A DNA stretch of 59,008 nt, counting the filler. It is 5 parts of 5 records of this genome, joined end to end, with 100 filler letters (N's around TTAATTAATTAA, not from the genome) between each part and the next. Parts side by side here need not be neighbours in the genome. Positions count along the whole stretch, not along the records: positions 50,958 to 59,008 come from DRR723986_19975; 4 more parts are not named here. One strand, given 5' to 3'. The notes below the pieces were generated by a model. It was not told the DNA's origin and did no database searches. It saw only the letters and a list, made by a program, of their open reading frames with translations. Position 1 is the first letter of the stretch, and each line of letters starts with the position of its first letter. The position numbers and the translations under genes were made by a program. Positions 50,958 to 59,008 of the stretch are shown in pieces.

Positions 50958-51346
50958 ATACGCATGTATTCGGCGGAACAGAGTGGGAGAGGGCAAAGCC
51001 CGACCCACGGCCCTGAACGGGGCTGTCAATCGGCCACATTTGCGAAGAAAATGTCTGCGCCAAAATCAGACGCCAATTTGCGTCGCGAGGAATGGCCTGC
51101 CTGCAGGACAGGGGAAATTGATGGCTGATTTTGGGGATGGACTAAGGTTGACCGCCACGGTCAGGGATGTTGGGCGGACCAAACAAAATGAGTGATGCCT
51201 GGATCGGGTGAGCGGGCCAACGGCCCGTTGAGACCCGATACAGTCCGTTTGTAAAAGCCGTCCCGACGGGACGACAATCATGTAATTTCGTGGTTAAGGT
51301 GTGCTGTGCAAGAAAATATCAGAATCGTGTCTTCAAGGAATAAAAC

Positions 51347-52264
51347 GTGCAATCAGAGGGCTCATTCGGTCGAACAATCCAGCTTTTCCTCGTAGACGGG
51401 AAGCCAACCGGGCTGCGAAAAGCGACGATCCATGGTTGGACAGGCTTGCTTTTCGTAAGTGGGGCTTCAGCTTTCGGCGACCTTGCCGCTCGTGAAGAGG
51501 TCGATCGAACTGGCATCTACATATTGTCGGGTCCTGATCCGGAAAAGGCCGGTGCAACCCGCGCCTATATTGGATCTGGGAACTCTGTGGCTGAGAGGAT
51601 CAAGCAAAGCGCGATCAAAAGAGATTTCTGGGAAACGGCCATCACCATAACGACAAGTGACGACGACCTATCCAAAGGGCACGCAGAGTATCTTGAGGCG
51701 CGGCTCATAGAACAAGCTGCTCAAGCAGGTCGCGTCACCTTGGACAACGGCACGCAACCGGACACAAGCAGACGACGACTGCCAGAGGCCGACGTCGCCA
51801 ATATGGAGCAATTTCTTTCAAACCTGCGCATCATCCTGCCCGTGATCGGCCTGGACATGCTCAAACCACAACCGCGCGCGGTGACACAGACAGCGAAGCC
51901 GGTCGACGAGCGGACCGAAGGAGAAGTGCAGTTCGAGATCCGCCACAAGAGCGGAGTCAAAGCGACTGCTGTCGAAGAAGACGGCGAATTTGTTGTACTG
52001 GAAGGGTCCGAGGCGCTCACTGAAACCGGCTATGTCCAACAGAGCTACGGCGGCTTGAAGGAAAAGCTCATTTCAGACGGCATTTTGGTTGCGGACGGCA
52101 ACCAAAAACTCAGATTCACGAAACCTTGGTCGTTCAATAGTCCATCGGCGGCCGCTGCTGTAGTCTTGGATCGAAACAGCAACGGACGTCTAGAATGGAA
52201 GGTCAAAGGATCGAAGCAAACCTACCATGACTGGCAGCAAGCTGAAGCTGGTACCCCCTCCTAA
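51347..52264 (+). CDS. GIY-YIG nuclease with C-terminal DUF4357 (RAMA-related) domain
   Basis: TGIYILSG...AYIGSG...YLEARLI...LDN; C-terminal FVVLEGS...FNSPSAAAAVVLDRNSNGRLEWK. Confidence 0.88.
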   Translation: MQSEGSFGRTIQLFLVDGKPTGLRKATIHGWTGLLFVSGASAFGDLAAREEVDRTGIYILSGPDPEKAGATRAYIGSGNSVAERIKQSAIKRDFWETAITITTSDDDLSKGHAEYLEARLIEQAAQAGRVTLDNGTQPDTSRRRLPEADVANMEQFLSNLRIILPVIGLDMLKPQPRAVTQTAKPVDERTEGEVQFEIRHKSGVKATAVEEDGEFVVLEGSEALTETGYVQQSYGGLKEKLISDGILVADGNQKLRFTKPWSFNSPSAAAAVVLDRNSNGRLEWKVKGSKQTYHDWQQAEAGTPS

Positions 52265-52608
52265 GTGGTGCCCCAACATCACAGAACTTTTCCATTCAGT
52301 CCTTCAAACCTCAATGATAGTTGCCGAGCCCCAATTGAGAGTAGCCACTGCTCGTTGAAACCCTAATCAGTTGATCGGAATTCATCTCTCGCACGCGAAA
52401 CTGCCGGTTCCGCAACTGGTGCGCTGCAGATGCTGGCCACAAGAGGCTGGTTCTTAAGACGCATCAAATCGAAAGCCTTGCCGCAGCGCTTCGCACCAGA
52501 CGCATCGACTGTACGACCGCGAGACAATGCAGCAGGAAGAATGGGTCTCCGTTCCGTCCGTTGCAAATTTCGTCCACATAACGCAGAGTAGCGCTAAAGA
52601 GTCACTCG

Positions 52609-53064
52609 ATGAGATCAAATGACGTAATGGTGAGAGCAAATAACGTAAGCAAAAGCCTTCGCGAGGAAATCGGCGGACGCTTGGCGAAAATCAGAGAGCA
52701 TTTCGACTTCAGCCAGTCGGAAATGGCCGAAAAGATTGGTGTTTCTTCTCGGAGCTATCAAAATTACGAGCAAGGAAAACGCGAGCTACCCAGCTCACTT
52801 CTTTTCAACTTGCAAGAATCGCTGGGCGTGAGCAGTCACTGGTTACTCACTGGACAGGATGGACCTCTCCATCGTAGCCCCGCGAAAATCGCACGTGAGG
52901 CGATGGAAGACATCGCCGTCGTTGCGCAGACGGCCGGTCTGTCACCTTCACTATCGAAAATCCCTGAGGTTCTCGAAATCGCTATCGAACAAGAAATGGC
53001 GATGAGACCTATGAAGCCTGACGAGGTTGAGCGCATTTTGAGACTGGCGAGTGACAAGAAATGA
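52609..53064 (+). CDS. XRE-family HTH regulator (controller-protein-like); start uncertain
   Basis: RLAKIRE...SQSEMAEKIGVSSRSYQNYEQGKRE...WLLTG. Confidence 0.88.
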   Translation: MRSNDVMVRANNVSKSLREEIGGRLAKIREHFDFSQSEMAEKIGVSSRSYQNYEQGKRELPSSLLFNLQESLGVSSHWLLTGQDGPLHRSPAKIAREAMEDIAVVAQTAGLSPSLSKIPEVLEIAIEQEMAMRPMKPDEVERILRLASDKK

Positions 53065-53714
53065 CCGAACAAAGCAGGCAGATTAAGAACAAAAAGCGCG
53101 TAGCGGATCACGGCGAGGTCTTCACCCACGAACGGGAAGTGCAAGCAATGCTCGACCTTGTTGAGCACGAGAGCTTTCGGATCGACTCGCGATTTCTGGA
53201 ACCAGCCTGTGGCGACGGGAACTTTTTGGTACCGGTCCTTGAGCGCAAGCTCGAAACGGTTAGACAGCGCTACGCCCGATCTCAATCAGACTTTGAACGA
53301 AACAGCCTGATCGCACTGTCCAGCGTCTATGGCGTTGATATCCTGCAAGACAACGTGGAAGCATGCCGCTCCCGTCTCTTCGGTATCTACGACACCACAT
53401 ATGCGGAGGCCTTCGGTAAAAACACGAAGGCGGATTGCCTTAATGCGGCCAGGACCATTTTGTCCAAGAACATCCTTTGGGGAGACGCCCTCTTAATGCT
53501 TCGGGCAGATGGAAGCGGTGATCCAATCGTCTTCACCGAATGGACCGCAGTCAACGGTCGGAAGATCAAACGACGAGAATACACCTTGGCAAATCTGCTC
53601 GCATATCAGCCCTTCGAGGGCGAGAGCCTATTCTCAGACTTAGGCGAACAGGCATTCATCCCTAAGCCTGTCCGCGAGTACCCCCTTGTTGATTATCTTG
53701 AGCTTGCCGAATGA
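53061..53714 (+). CDS. SAM-binding DNA-methyltransferase-like subunit lacking catalytic motif IV
   Basis: HGEVFT (X), FLEPACGDGNFL (I), YGVDI (II), NILWGDAL (III); no (N/D)PP(Y/F) in 217 aa. Confidence 0.85.
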   Translation: MTEQSRQIKNKKRVADHGEVFTHEREVQAMLDLVEHESFRIDSRFLEPACGDGNFLVPVLERKLETVRQRYARSQSDFERNSLIALSSVYGVDILQDNVEACRSRLFGIYDTTYAEAFGKNTKADCLNAARTILSKNILWGDALLMLRADGSGDPIVFTEWTAVNGRKIKRREYTLANLLAYQPFEGESLFSDLGEQAFIPKPVREYPLVDYLELAE

Positions 53715-55237
53715 CTTTTCAAATCAGCCACAATCCAGACGTGCTCACGTGTCTCGCAAATCTAAGCAACGATGAAGTTTTCACGCCGCCCGCCTTTGCG
53801 AACCGAATGCTTGACGAGTTACCTTCAGCTTTGTGGTCCAATCCTGATGCCAAGTTCCTCGACCCTTTCAGCAAAACTGGTGTCTTTCTGCGAGAAATCG
53901 CGAAGCGCCTGAACGAAGGGTTGCGGCCTGCCTTCCCAGACGATCAGGAAAGGCTCAATCACATCCTCACAAACCAAGTCTTCGGGATTGCCCTGACAGA
54001 GCTAACCGCTTTGATCAGCCGCCGGAGTCTTTACTGCTCGAAGATGGCCGATGGCAGGTATTCGATTTGTGATGTGTTCGATGAAAAGGACGGCAATATC
54101 ATCTACGAGAACCGTCAGCACACGTGGGAAGGTGGCAAGTGCAAATTTTGTGGGGCGGCTCAGTCTGTTTACGAGCGATCTGATGATTTGGAAAATTACG
54201 CTTACCTTCTGCTCCATCACGAGAAACCCGAGGAGATTTTCGACGTGAAATTTGATGTGATTATCGGCAACCCGCCCTATCAGCTTTCAGACGGCGGACA
54301 TGGCGCGAGCGCGAAGCCGATCTATCACAAGTTCGTCGAACAAGCGAAAAAGCTTCAACCCTCGTATCTCTCGATGGTTATCCCGGCGCGCTGGTATTCC
54401 GGCGGCAAGGGCCTGGACGACTTCCGCGCTGACATGCTGAAGGACCGACGAATGCGCAAGCTGGTCGACTACCCGAAGCTCTATGATGCCTTCCCAGGTG
54501 TCAAGATCAGAGGCGGCATCTGCTACTTCCTTTGGGAGAAAAACCATGACGGGATGTGCGAAGTACAAACGATGTGGGATGGGGAACCGCTGGGTGAGCC
54601 GGTAGCGCGATATCTCGATCAGTTTGATGTACTTGTGCGCAGGAACGAGGCGGTATCCGTTCTCGAAAAAATTCAGGCTTTCAGACATGAAGGGGTTGCC
54701 GAACCGACGTTCGATACGATTGTTTCCCGTTCGAAACCGTTTGGCTTCCGCACCAACTTCCATGGAAAACCTGACGCGGAAGGTCTTGATGATCCTATCA
54801 AGCTCTACGGTTCCCAAAAAATCTCATGGATTGAGCGCAACATCATTACTCAAAACGCAGACTGGATTGAGCGTTGGAAAGTGCTGATGAGCGCCGTTCA
54901 AGGCACAAGTGCGGCGGTCGAAACAAAATTTCTGAGCAACCCGATAGTATCCGGTCCCGGCGAAATATGCACTGAAACGTATGTAGTGGCCGGGCAGTTC
55001 GAAACAGAAGATGAAGCCGAGTACTGCGCTAGCTATTTGAGAACGCGGTTTGCACGCTTTTTTGTGTCACTAAGAAAGGCAGCACAACATGCTTCGCGAG
55101 ACGTCTATTCATTTGTGCCCTTGGTTCCCCTTGATCGCCACTGGACGGACCAAGAGCTCTACCAAAGGTACGAGCTTACCGATGAAGAGGTCGGGTTCAT
55201 CGAAGCTACCGTAGCTCCAATGGAGCAGCGTCGATGA
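53711..55237 (+). CDS. Eco57I-type N6-adenine DNA methyltransferase with a C-terminal target-recognition region
   Basis: DEVFTP, FLDPFSKTGVFL, DVIIGNPPY, IPARW, C-terminal LYQRYELTDEEVGFIE. Confidence 0.9.
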   Translation: MTFQISHNPDVLTCLANLSNDEVFTPPAFANRMLDELPSALWSNPDAKFLDPFSKTGVFLREIAKRLNEGLRPAFPDDQERLNHILTNQVFGIALTELTALISRRSLYCSKMADGRYSICDVFDEKDGNIIYENRQHTWEGGKCKFCGAAQSVYERSDDLENYAYLLLHHEKPEEIFDVKFDVIIGNPPYQLSDGGHGASAKPIYHKFVEQAKKLQPSYLSMVIPARWYSGGKGLDDFRADMLKDRRMRKLVDYPKLYDAFPGVKIRGGICYFLWEKNHDGMCEVQTMWDGEPLGEPVARYLDQFDVLVRRNEAVSVLEKIQAFRHEGVAEPTFDTIVSRSKPFGFRTNFHGKPDAEGLDDPIKLYGSQKISWIERNIITQNADWIERWKVLMSAVQGTSAAVETKFLSNPIVSGPGEICTETYVVAGQFETEDEAEYCASYLRTRFARFFVSLRKAAQHASRDVYSFVPLVPLDRHWTDQELYQRYELTDEEVGFIEATVAPMEQRR

Positions 55238-57726
55238 CGCAGGAGCTCTTCCCCGACAAGGTGGATCTGCAACCGAAGATCTACGCCTACGCCGACACCA
55301 ACCCGGAACTCAACGGCCTCTTGAAGGTTGGCTACACGACCCAAGAGGTAGCTGACCGGGTCGCGCAACAGTACCCCACTCTTAGGCCTGGTTCTCGACC
55401 CTATAAGATCGTTTTCGAAGAATCCGCGATGCGCAACGATGGCAGCGCCTTTAGTGACCACGATGTTCACCGAGCCCTGCGCAAGGCCGGTTTCGCCAAC
55501 CCGAAAGGCGAATGGTTCAAATGCCGCGTCAAAGATGTCGCCGCCGTTGTAGGCCAGATCGCCCGTGGCGAAGAGAAGTTCGTTGCACGAAATCTGTCGT
55601 TCGGCATGCGCCCAGAGCAAAGAGCGGCTGTTGAAAAGGCGGCTGTGTATATTTCTTCGTATCGGTCTGAGAATGATGGCGCGACACCCCATTTCCTCTG
55701 GAATGCGAAAATGCGCTTCGGTAAGACATTCGCGGCTTATCAGCTTGCACTTCGCATGGGCTGGACGAAGGTTCTCGTGTTGACTTTCAAACCAGCTGTT
55801 CAAAACGCTTGGGAAGAAGACCTCCAGTCCCATGTTGATTTCGATGGCTGGCAATTCACCTCGCGCGATGGCGTTCCGTTCGAAGAGATCGACACTAATC
55901 GTCCCTTCGTCTGCTTCGGTTCATTTCAGGACTATCTGGGAAAAAACAGCGCGGGTGGCATCAAGCCAAAGAATGAATGGGTTCATACAACCAACTGGGA
56001 TTGCGTCATTTTTGACGAATACCATTATGGGGCATGGCGCGAAAACGCCAAGGAATTGTTTGAACAGGAAAGTGCGGCGGAACGGAAGGCTCAGGTTGGA
56101 GAAGGTATCGAGTACTTTGACCAGGAAAACCTACCGATCACGACCGATGCTTACCTTTACCTGTCTGGAACACCGTTCCGCGCAATCGAGTCGGGCGAGT
56201 TTATTGAAGAGCAAATCTTCAACTGGACGTACTCGGACGAACAGAGAGCCAAGGCTGAATGGGAAGGGCCAGACAACCCCTACGCTGCACTGCCCCGCAT
56301 GGTCTTGATGACGTATAAGCTCCCCGACGAAATCTCCGCCGTGGCTGACGGTGGTGAGTTTGATGGCTTTGATTTGAATGCGTTCTTTTCAGCGGAAGGC
56401 GTTGGACCGGACGCACGCTTTAAGTATCACGATGAGATACAAAAATGGCTCGACCTTATCCGTGGCGCTCACATGCCCACAGCCACGGACAGCCTAAAAC
56501 TGGGCGCAAAGAAGCCGCCCTTACCGTTTTCGCATGGTCCCCTGCTACGAGTGCTGAATCATACGTTCTGGTTCTTGCCAACCGTTGCAGCCTGTCATGC
56601 CATGGCAAATCTCTTGGCAGAGCCTCAGAACACCTTCTATCATGACTACAAAATAGTCGTCGCAGCAGGTACAGGGGCCGGAATGGGCGTTCACGCACTC
56701 AAGCCTGTGCTCAACGCGATGGACGACCCACTTGAGAGCAAAAGCATCACTTTATCTTGTGGAAAGCTGACGACAGGGGTTTCAGTCAAACCCTGGACCG
56801 GCATCTTCATGCTTCGAAATTCTTCAAGCCCTGAAACCTACTTTCAAGCGGCGTTTCGGGTTCAGACACCGTGGGCGATCTCAAATCCCGACGGTCTGTC
56901 CCCCAACAAACAAGAGATTATCAAGAAAGAGTGCTATGTTTTTGATTTTGCACCAAATCGGGCGCTTTCGCAGATCGCAGACTACAGCTGCCGTCTGAAC
57001 GTAGGCGAAAGTAATCCCGAGAAAAAGGTAGCTGAATTTATCAATTTCCTTCCGGTACTAGCCTATGACGGAAGCGCGATGGAACGCTTAGACGCTGCCA
57101 AAATCCTAGACATTGCAATGAGCGGAACATCGGCAACCCTGTTGGCCAGACGTTGGGAGAGCGCCTTGCTTGTCAACGTTGACAACGCAACGCTTGAACG
57201 GTTGATGAAAAACCAGAAAGCGATGGACGCCTTGATGAGCATCGAGGGCTTTCGCTCTCTGAACGCGGACATCGAGACGATCATCAATAAGTCAGAAAGC
57301 ATCAAGAAGGCCAAGACCGAAGCGAATGAGCGAGAGCTCACAAAGAAAGAAAAGAAGAAGCTCTCGGAGGAGGAGAAAGAGTACAAGAGCCTCAGGAAGC
57401 AAATTCAGGAAAAGCTGATTAAGTTCGCTACGCGGATTCCGGTGTTTATGTATCTGACAGACTATCGCGAACGCAGCCTGAAAGATGTGATCACCCAACT
57501 TGAACCTGGATTGTTTAAGAAGGTGACGGGTCTTGATGTCGCTGATTTTGAATTGCTGGTCAGCTTGGATGTGTTCAACAGCAGCTTAATGAATGACGCA
57601 GTCTACAAGTTCAAACGCTACGAGGATTCAAGTCTGAACTATGCTGGCTTCACCAAACACGATGCAACGGACCTAGGGCTTTTTGACACCGTCGTCGATA
57701 GAGATGAAAGCTCTCGGGTGATGTAA
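55234..57726 (+). CDS. T5orf172/GIY-YIG-like nuclease fused to an SF2 (ResIII-like) helicase; putative restriction subunit
   Basis: IYAY...LLKVGYT...DHDVH...GEWF; Walker A AKMRFGKT, Walker B FDEYH, motif III LSGTPF, LTTGV, YFQAAFRVQTP. Confidence 0.88.
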   Translation: MTQELFPDKVDLQPKIYAYADTNPELNGLLKVGYTTQEVADRVAQQYPTLRPGSRPYKIVFEESAMRNDGSAFSDHDVHRALRKAGFANPKGEWFKCRVKDVAAVVGQIARGEEKFVARNLSFGMRPEQRAAVEKAAVYISSYRSENDGATPHFLWNAKMRFGKTFAAYQLALRMGWTKVLVLTFKPAVQNAWEEDLQSHVDFDGWQFTSRDGVPFEEIDTNRPFVCFGSFQDYLGKNSAGGIKPKNEWVHTTNWDCVIFDEYHYGAWRENAKELFEQESAAERKAQVGEGIEYFDQENLPITTDAYLYLSGTPFRAIESGEFIEEQIFNWTYSDEQRAKAEWEGPDNPYAALPRMVLMTYKLPDEISAVADGGEFDGFDLNAFFSAEGVGPDARFKYHDEIQKWLDLIRGAHMPTATDSLKLGAKKPPLPFSHGPLLRVLNHTFWFLPTVAACHAMANLLAEPQNTFYHDYKIVVAAGTGAGMGVHALKPVLNAMDDPLESKSITLSCGKLTTGVSVKPWTGIFMLRNSSSPETYFQAAFRVQTPWAISNPDGLSPNKQEIIKKECYVFDFAPNRALSQIADYSCRLNVGESNPEKKVAEFINFLPVLAYDGSAMERLDAAKILDIAMSGTSATLLARRWESALLVNVDNATLERLMKNQKAMDALMSIEGFRSLNADIETIINKSESIKKAKTEANERELTKKEKKKLSEEEKEYKSLRKQIQEKLIKFATRIPVFMYLTDYRERSLKDVITQLEPGLFKKVTGLDVADFELLVSLDVFNSSLMNDAVYKFKRYEDSSLNYAGFTKHDATDLGLFDTVVDRDESSRVM

Positions 57727-57885
57727 TGGGCAAAGCTATCTACCCATGGACAAACGCCAATGGTTTTAGGGGCTGTCTACCACCGGCGTGTCCCTCTTGT
57801 TCACAACTATCCTGTGATCCTATCTGGAGTTCGACCTCAGAACAGAGGCAGCCCAATTTCGCATGCTTTGGGCCGTTCGCCGACT

Positions 57886-58416
57886 TCACGCAACTGCAGC
57901 GAACTGGTCTTCAGCCCAACGGCGAATCTTGTCCTCTCTCGGCATGCCTCGATATTGGCGCGGAGTATTCCAAGCTTGGGTGGATGGGTGCCCCGTTCGG
58001 TAGGCACTTATGTCAGGCATATGCGCTTCAAACACTTCGTGGGCGAACTGTGCCGCCTTTCCCAGATAAACGATGATTTCGGGCTGAACGCGTTGCAAAC
58101 GGGCAATGAGCCTAGCTCGGTTCTCGGGTGCCAGAACGTGCTGTTTGCGTGGCTGCGTGCTCCCATCATATCCCTCGCGCTCGGGATATCTTGGCAGTGA
58201 ATGTGCATTGACTAAGCTGTAGGCATCCAGTTGCGGCGATGGAAGAACCCGCGGATACAGGACCTGCAAGCGTTGCAGCATGATTTCAAGATTTTGTCCG
58301 GACTGCCCTGCGAAAGGCCGTCCGTCCCGTTCTTCTTCACGTCCAGGACAGGCCCCGACCAACAGTACTCTTGGATGTACATCGACAAATCTGAAATCAG
58401 CAGCGTTCCTACACAT
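57886..58416 (-). CDS. Uracil-DNA glycosylase superfamily protein
   Basis: VLLVGACPGREE...GRPFAGQSG, LVNA, PEIIVYLGKAA, GHPS. Confidence 0.8.
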   Translation of the reverse strand: MCRNAADFRFVDVHPRVLLVGACPGREEERDGRPFAGQSGQNLEIMLQRLQVLYPRVLPSPQLDAYSLVNAHSLPRYPEREGYDGSTQPRKQHVLAPENRARLIARLQRVQPEIIVYLGKAAQFAHEVFEAHMPDISAYRTGHPSTQAWNTPRQYRGMPREDKIRRWAEDQFAAVA

Positions 58417-58583
58417 CTCGAAAACCTAGCCGACCATGATCGGAAACCCAAGGGCACCGGCGACGGGGTGCGAATACATCCTTACAGTCCAGCCGATAGT
58501 GAAGTGAATACCGCAGAAATCAATCTGCCATCACCACGAAATTTCACCTGAAAGCCGAACTACAGCTTAGTTCTATCGCCTCA

Positions 58584-58615
58584 GAAGAAAGCCAGGGCGG
58601 GCAACCCGCCCTGGC
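58584..58615 (-). terminator. Intrinsic terminator of the 65-aa gene
   Basis: 11-bp perfect stem GCCAGGGCGGG/CCCGCCCTGGC followed on the minus strand by TTTCTTC. Confidence 0.8.
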
Positions 58616-58622
58616 ACTGAGG

Positions 58623-58820
58623 TCATTCGGTGACCGGTTCTTCATCGCGGCGCGGGAAGGCGACCATTTCGACATCGGGGAACATGCTGTGTTTGACGTT
58701 GATCGAGGTGATGTTGCCGCTGTCGTCGGTGTTGACGAAGAGGACGCCGCAGCGATCCCAGAAGTTCTTGCCGTCTTTTTCGCCGGATTTGACGTTCAGT
58801 TTCAGAGTTTGAGTAGCCAT
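58623..58820 (-). CDS. Small beta-rich protein of the kind found on alphaproteobacterial mobile elements
   Basis: 65 aa; KDGKNFWDRCGVLF motif; acidic tail; GAGG Shine-Dalgarno and its own terminator. Confidence 0.7.
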   Translation of the reverse strand: MATQTLKLNVKSGEKDGKNFWDRCGVLFVNTDDSGNITSINVKHSMFPDVEMVAFPRRDEEPVTE

Positions 58821-59008
58821 TTTTTGATCCTCACTTTGAGTGTTTCGATGAACATGACCAAAGCTGGCACCAAGGGGCTGTCAGCGAGAAACTTGGCTCG
58901 CGAGGAATGCGCTGGCGCAGGGGAATTTTCTTGTTGAAGCGGGGCTTGCACCGCGTCTGCTACGGCTGCCCGCTTATGTTCAGCAATCAGAAACACGGCG
59001 TTGAGGGA

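Noticed and set aside
57726-58200. ORFs 57726-58076 (TAATG-coupled to the helicase) and 57760-58200 as a fifth operon gene
   Set aside because: Both overlap the better-supported UDG-like gene on the opposite strand and lack recognisable motifs; not fully excluded.
1-59008. tRNA, rRNA, integrase or transposase genes
   Set aside because: None recognised by eye; tRNAscan-SE, Infernal and ISEScan would be needed to exclude them formally.

Overview
This window is not one locus. It joins five unrelated contigs with 100-nt artificial spacers (N44-TTAATTAATTAA-N44 at 19616-19715, 32880-32979, 43790-43889 and 50858-50957). Taxonomic labels below are inferred from gene content and base composition. 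(1) 1-19615, AT-rich, Flavobacteriaceae-like: a decaying tandem array of DUF6090-type genes, a bacterial alpha-2-macroglobulin, SH3 and ABM proteins, two T9SS type-B cargo proteins and pbpC. (2) 19716-32879, GC-rich alphaproteobacterium (Roseibium/Labrenzia-like): MCP, purH, heparinase II/III-like gene, RsmB-family methyltransferase, htpX, DUF1674, SGNH hydrolase, a peptidoglycan-binding/cysteine-peptidase gene, an aminotransferase and partial ftsK. (3) 32980-43789, FCB-group organism: lipoprotein, orphan SMI1/KNR4 gene, RsmF-like methyltransferase and two tandem paralogous DUF4397-repeat T9SS proteins with a possibly structured spacer. (4) 43890-50857, Rhodobacteraceae core genes: lgt, ubiK-like, YbjN, proC, csaA, 2-hydroxyacid dehydrogenase, GAF kinase, tdk, KAS III. 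(5) 50958-59008, alphaproteobacterial mobile/defence island. The best candidate for an undescribed system is in contig 5: a four-gene ATGA-coupled operon encoding an XRE regulator, two N6-adenine methyltransferase-like proteins with apparently complementary motif losses, and a T5orf172/GIY-YIG nuclease-SF2 helicase fusion. It is flanked by a GIY-YIG/DUF4357 gene, a UDG-superfamily gene and a possible leading-region stem-loop. All family assignments come from motif recognition by eye; no database searches were run.
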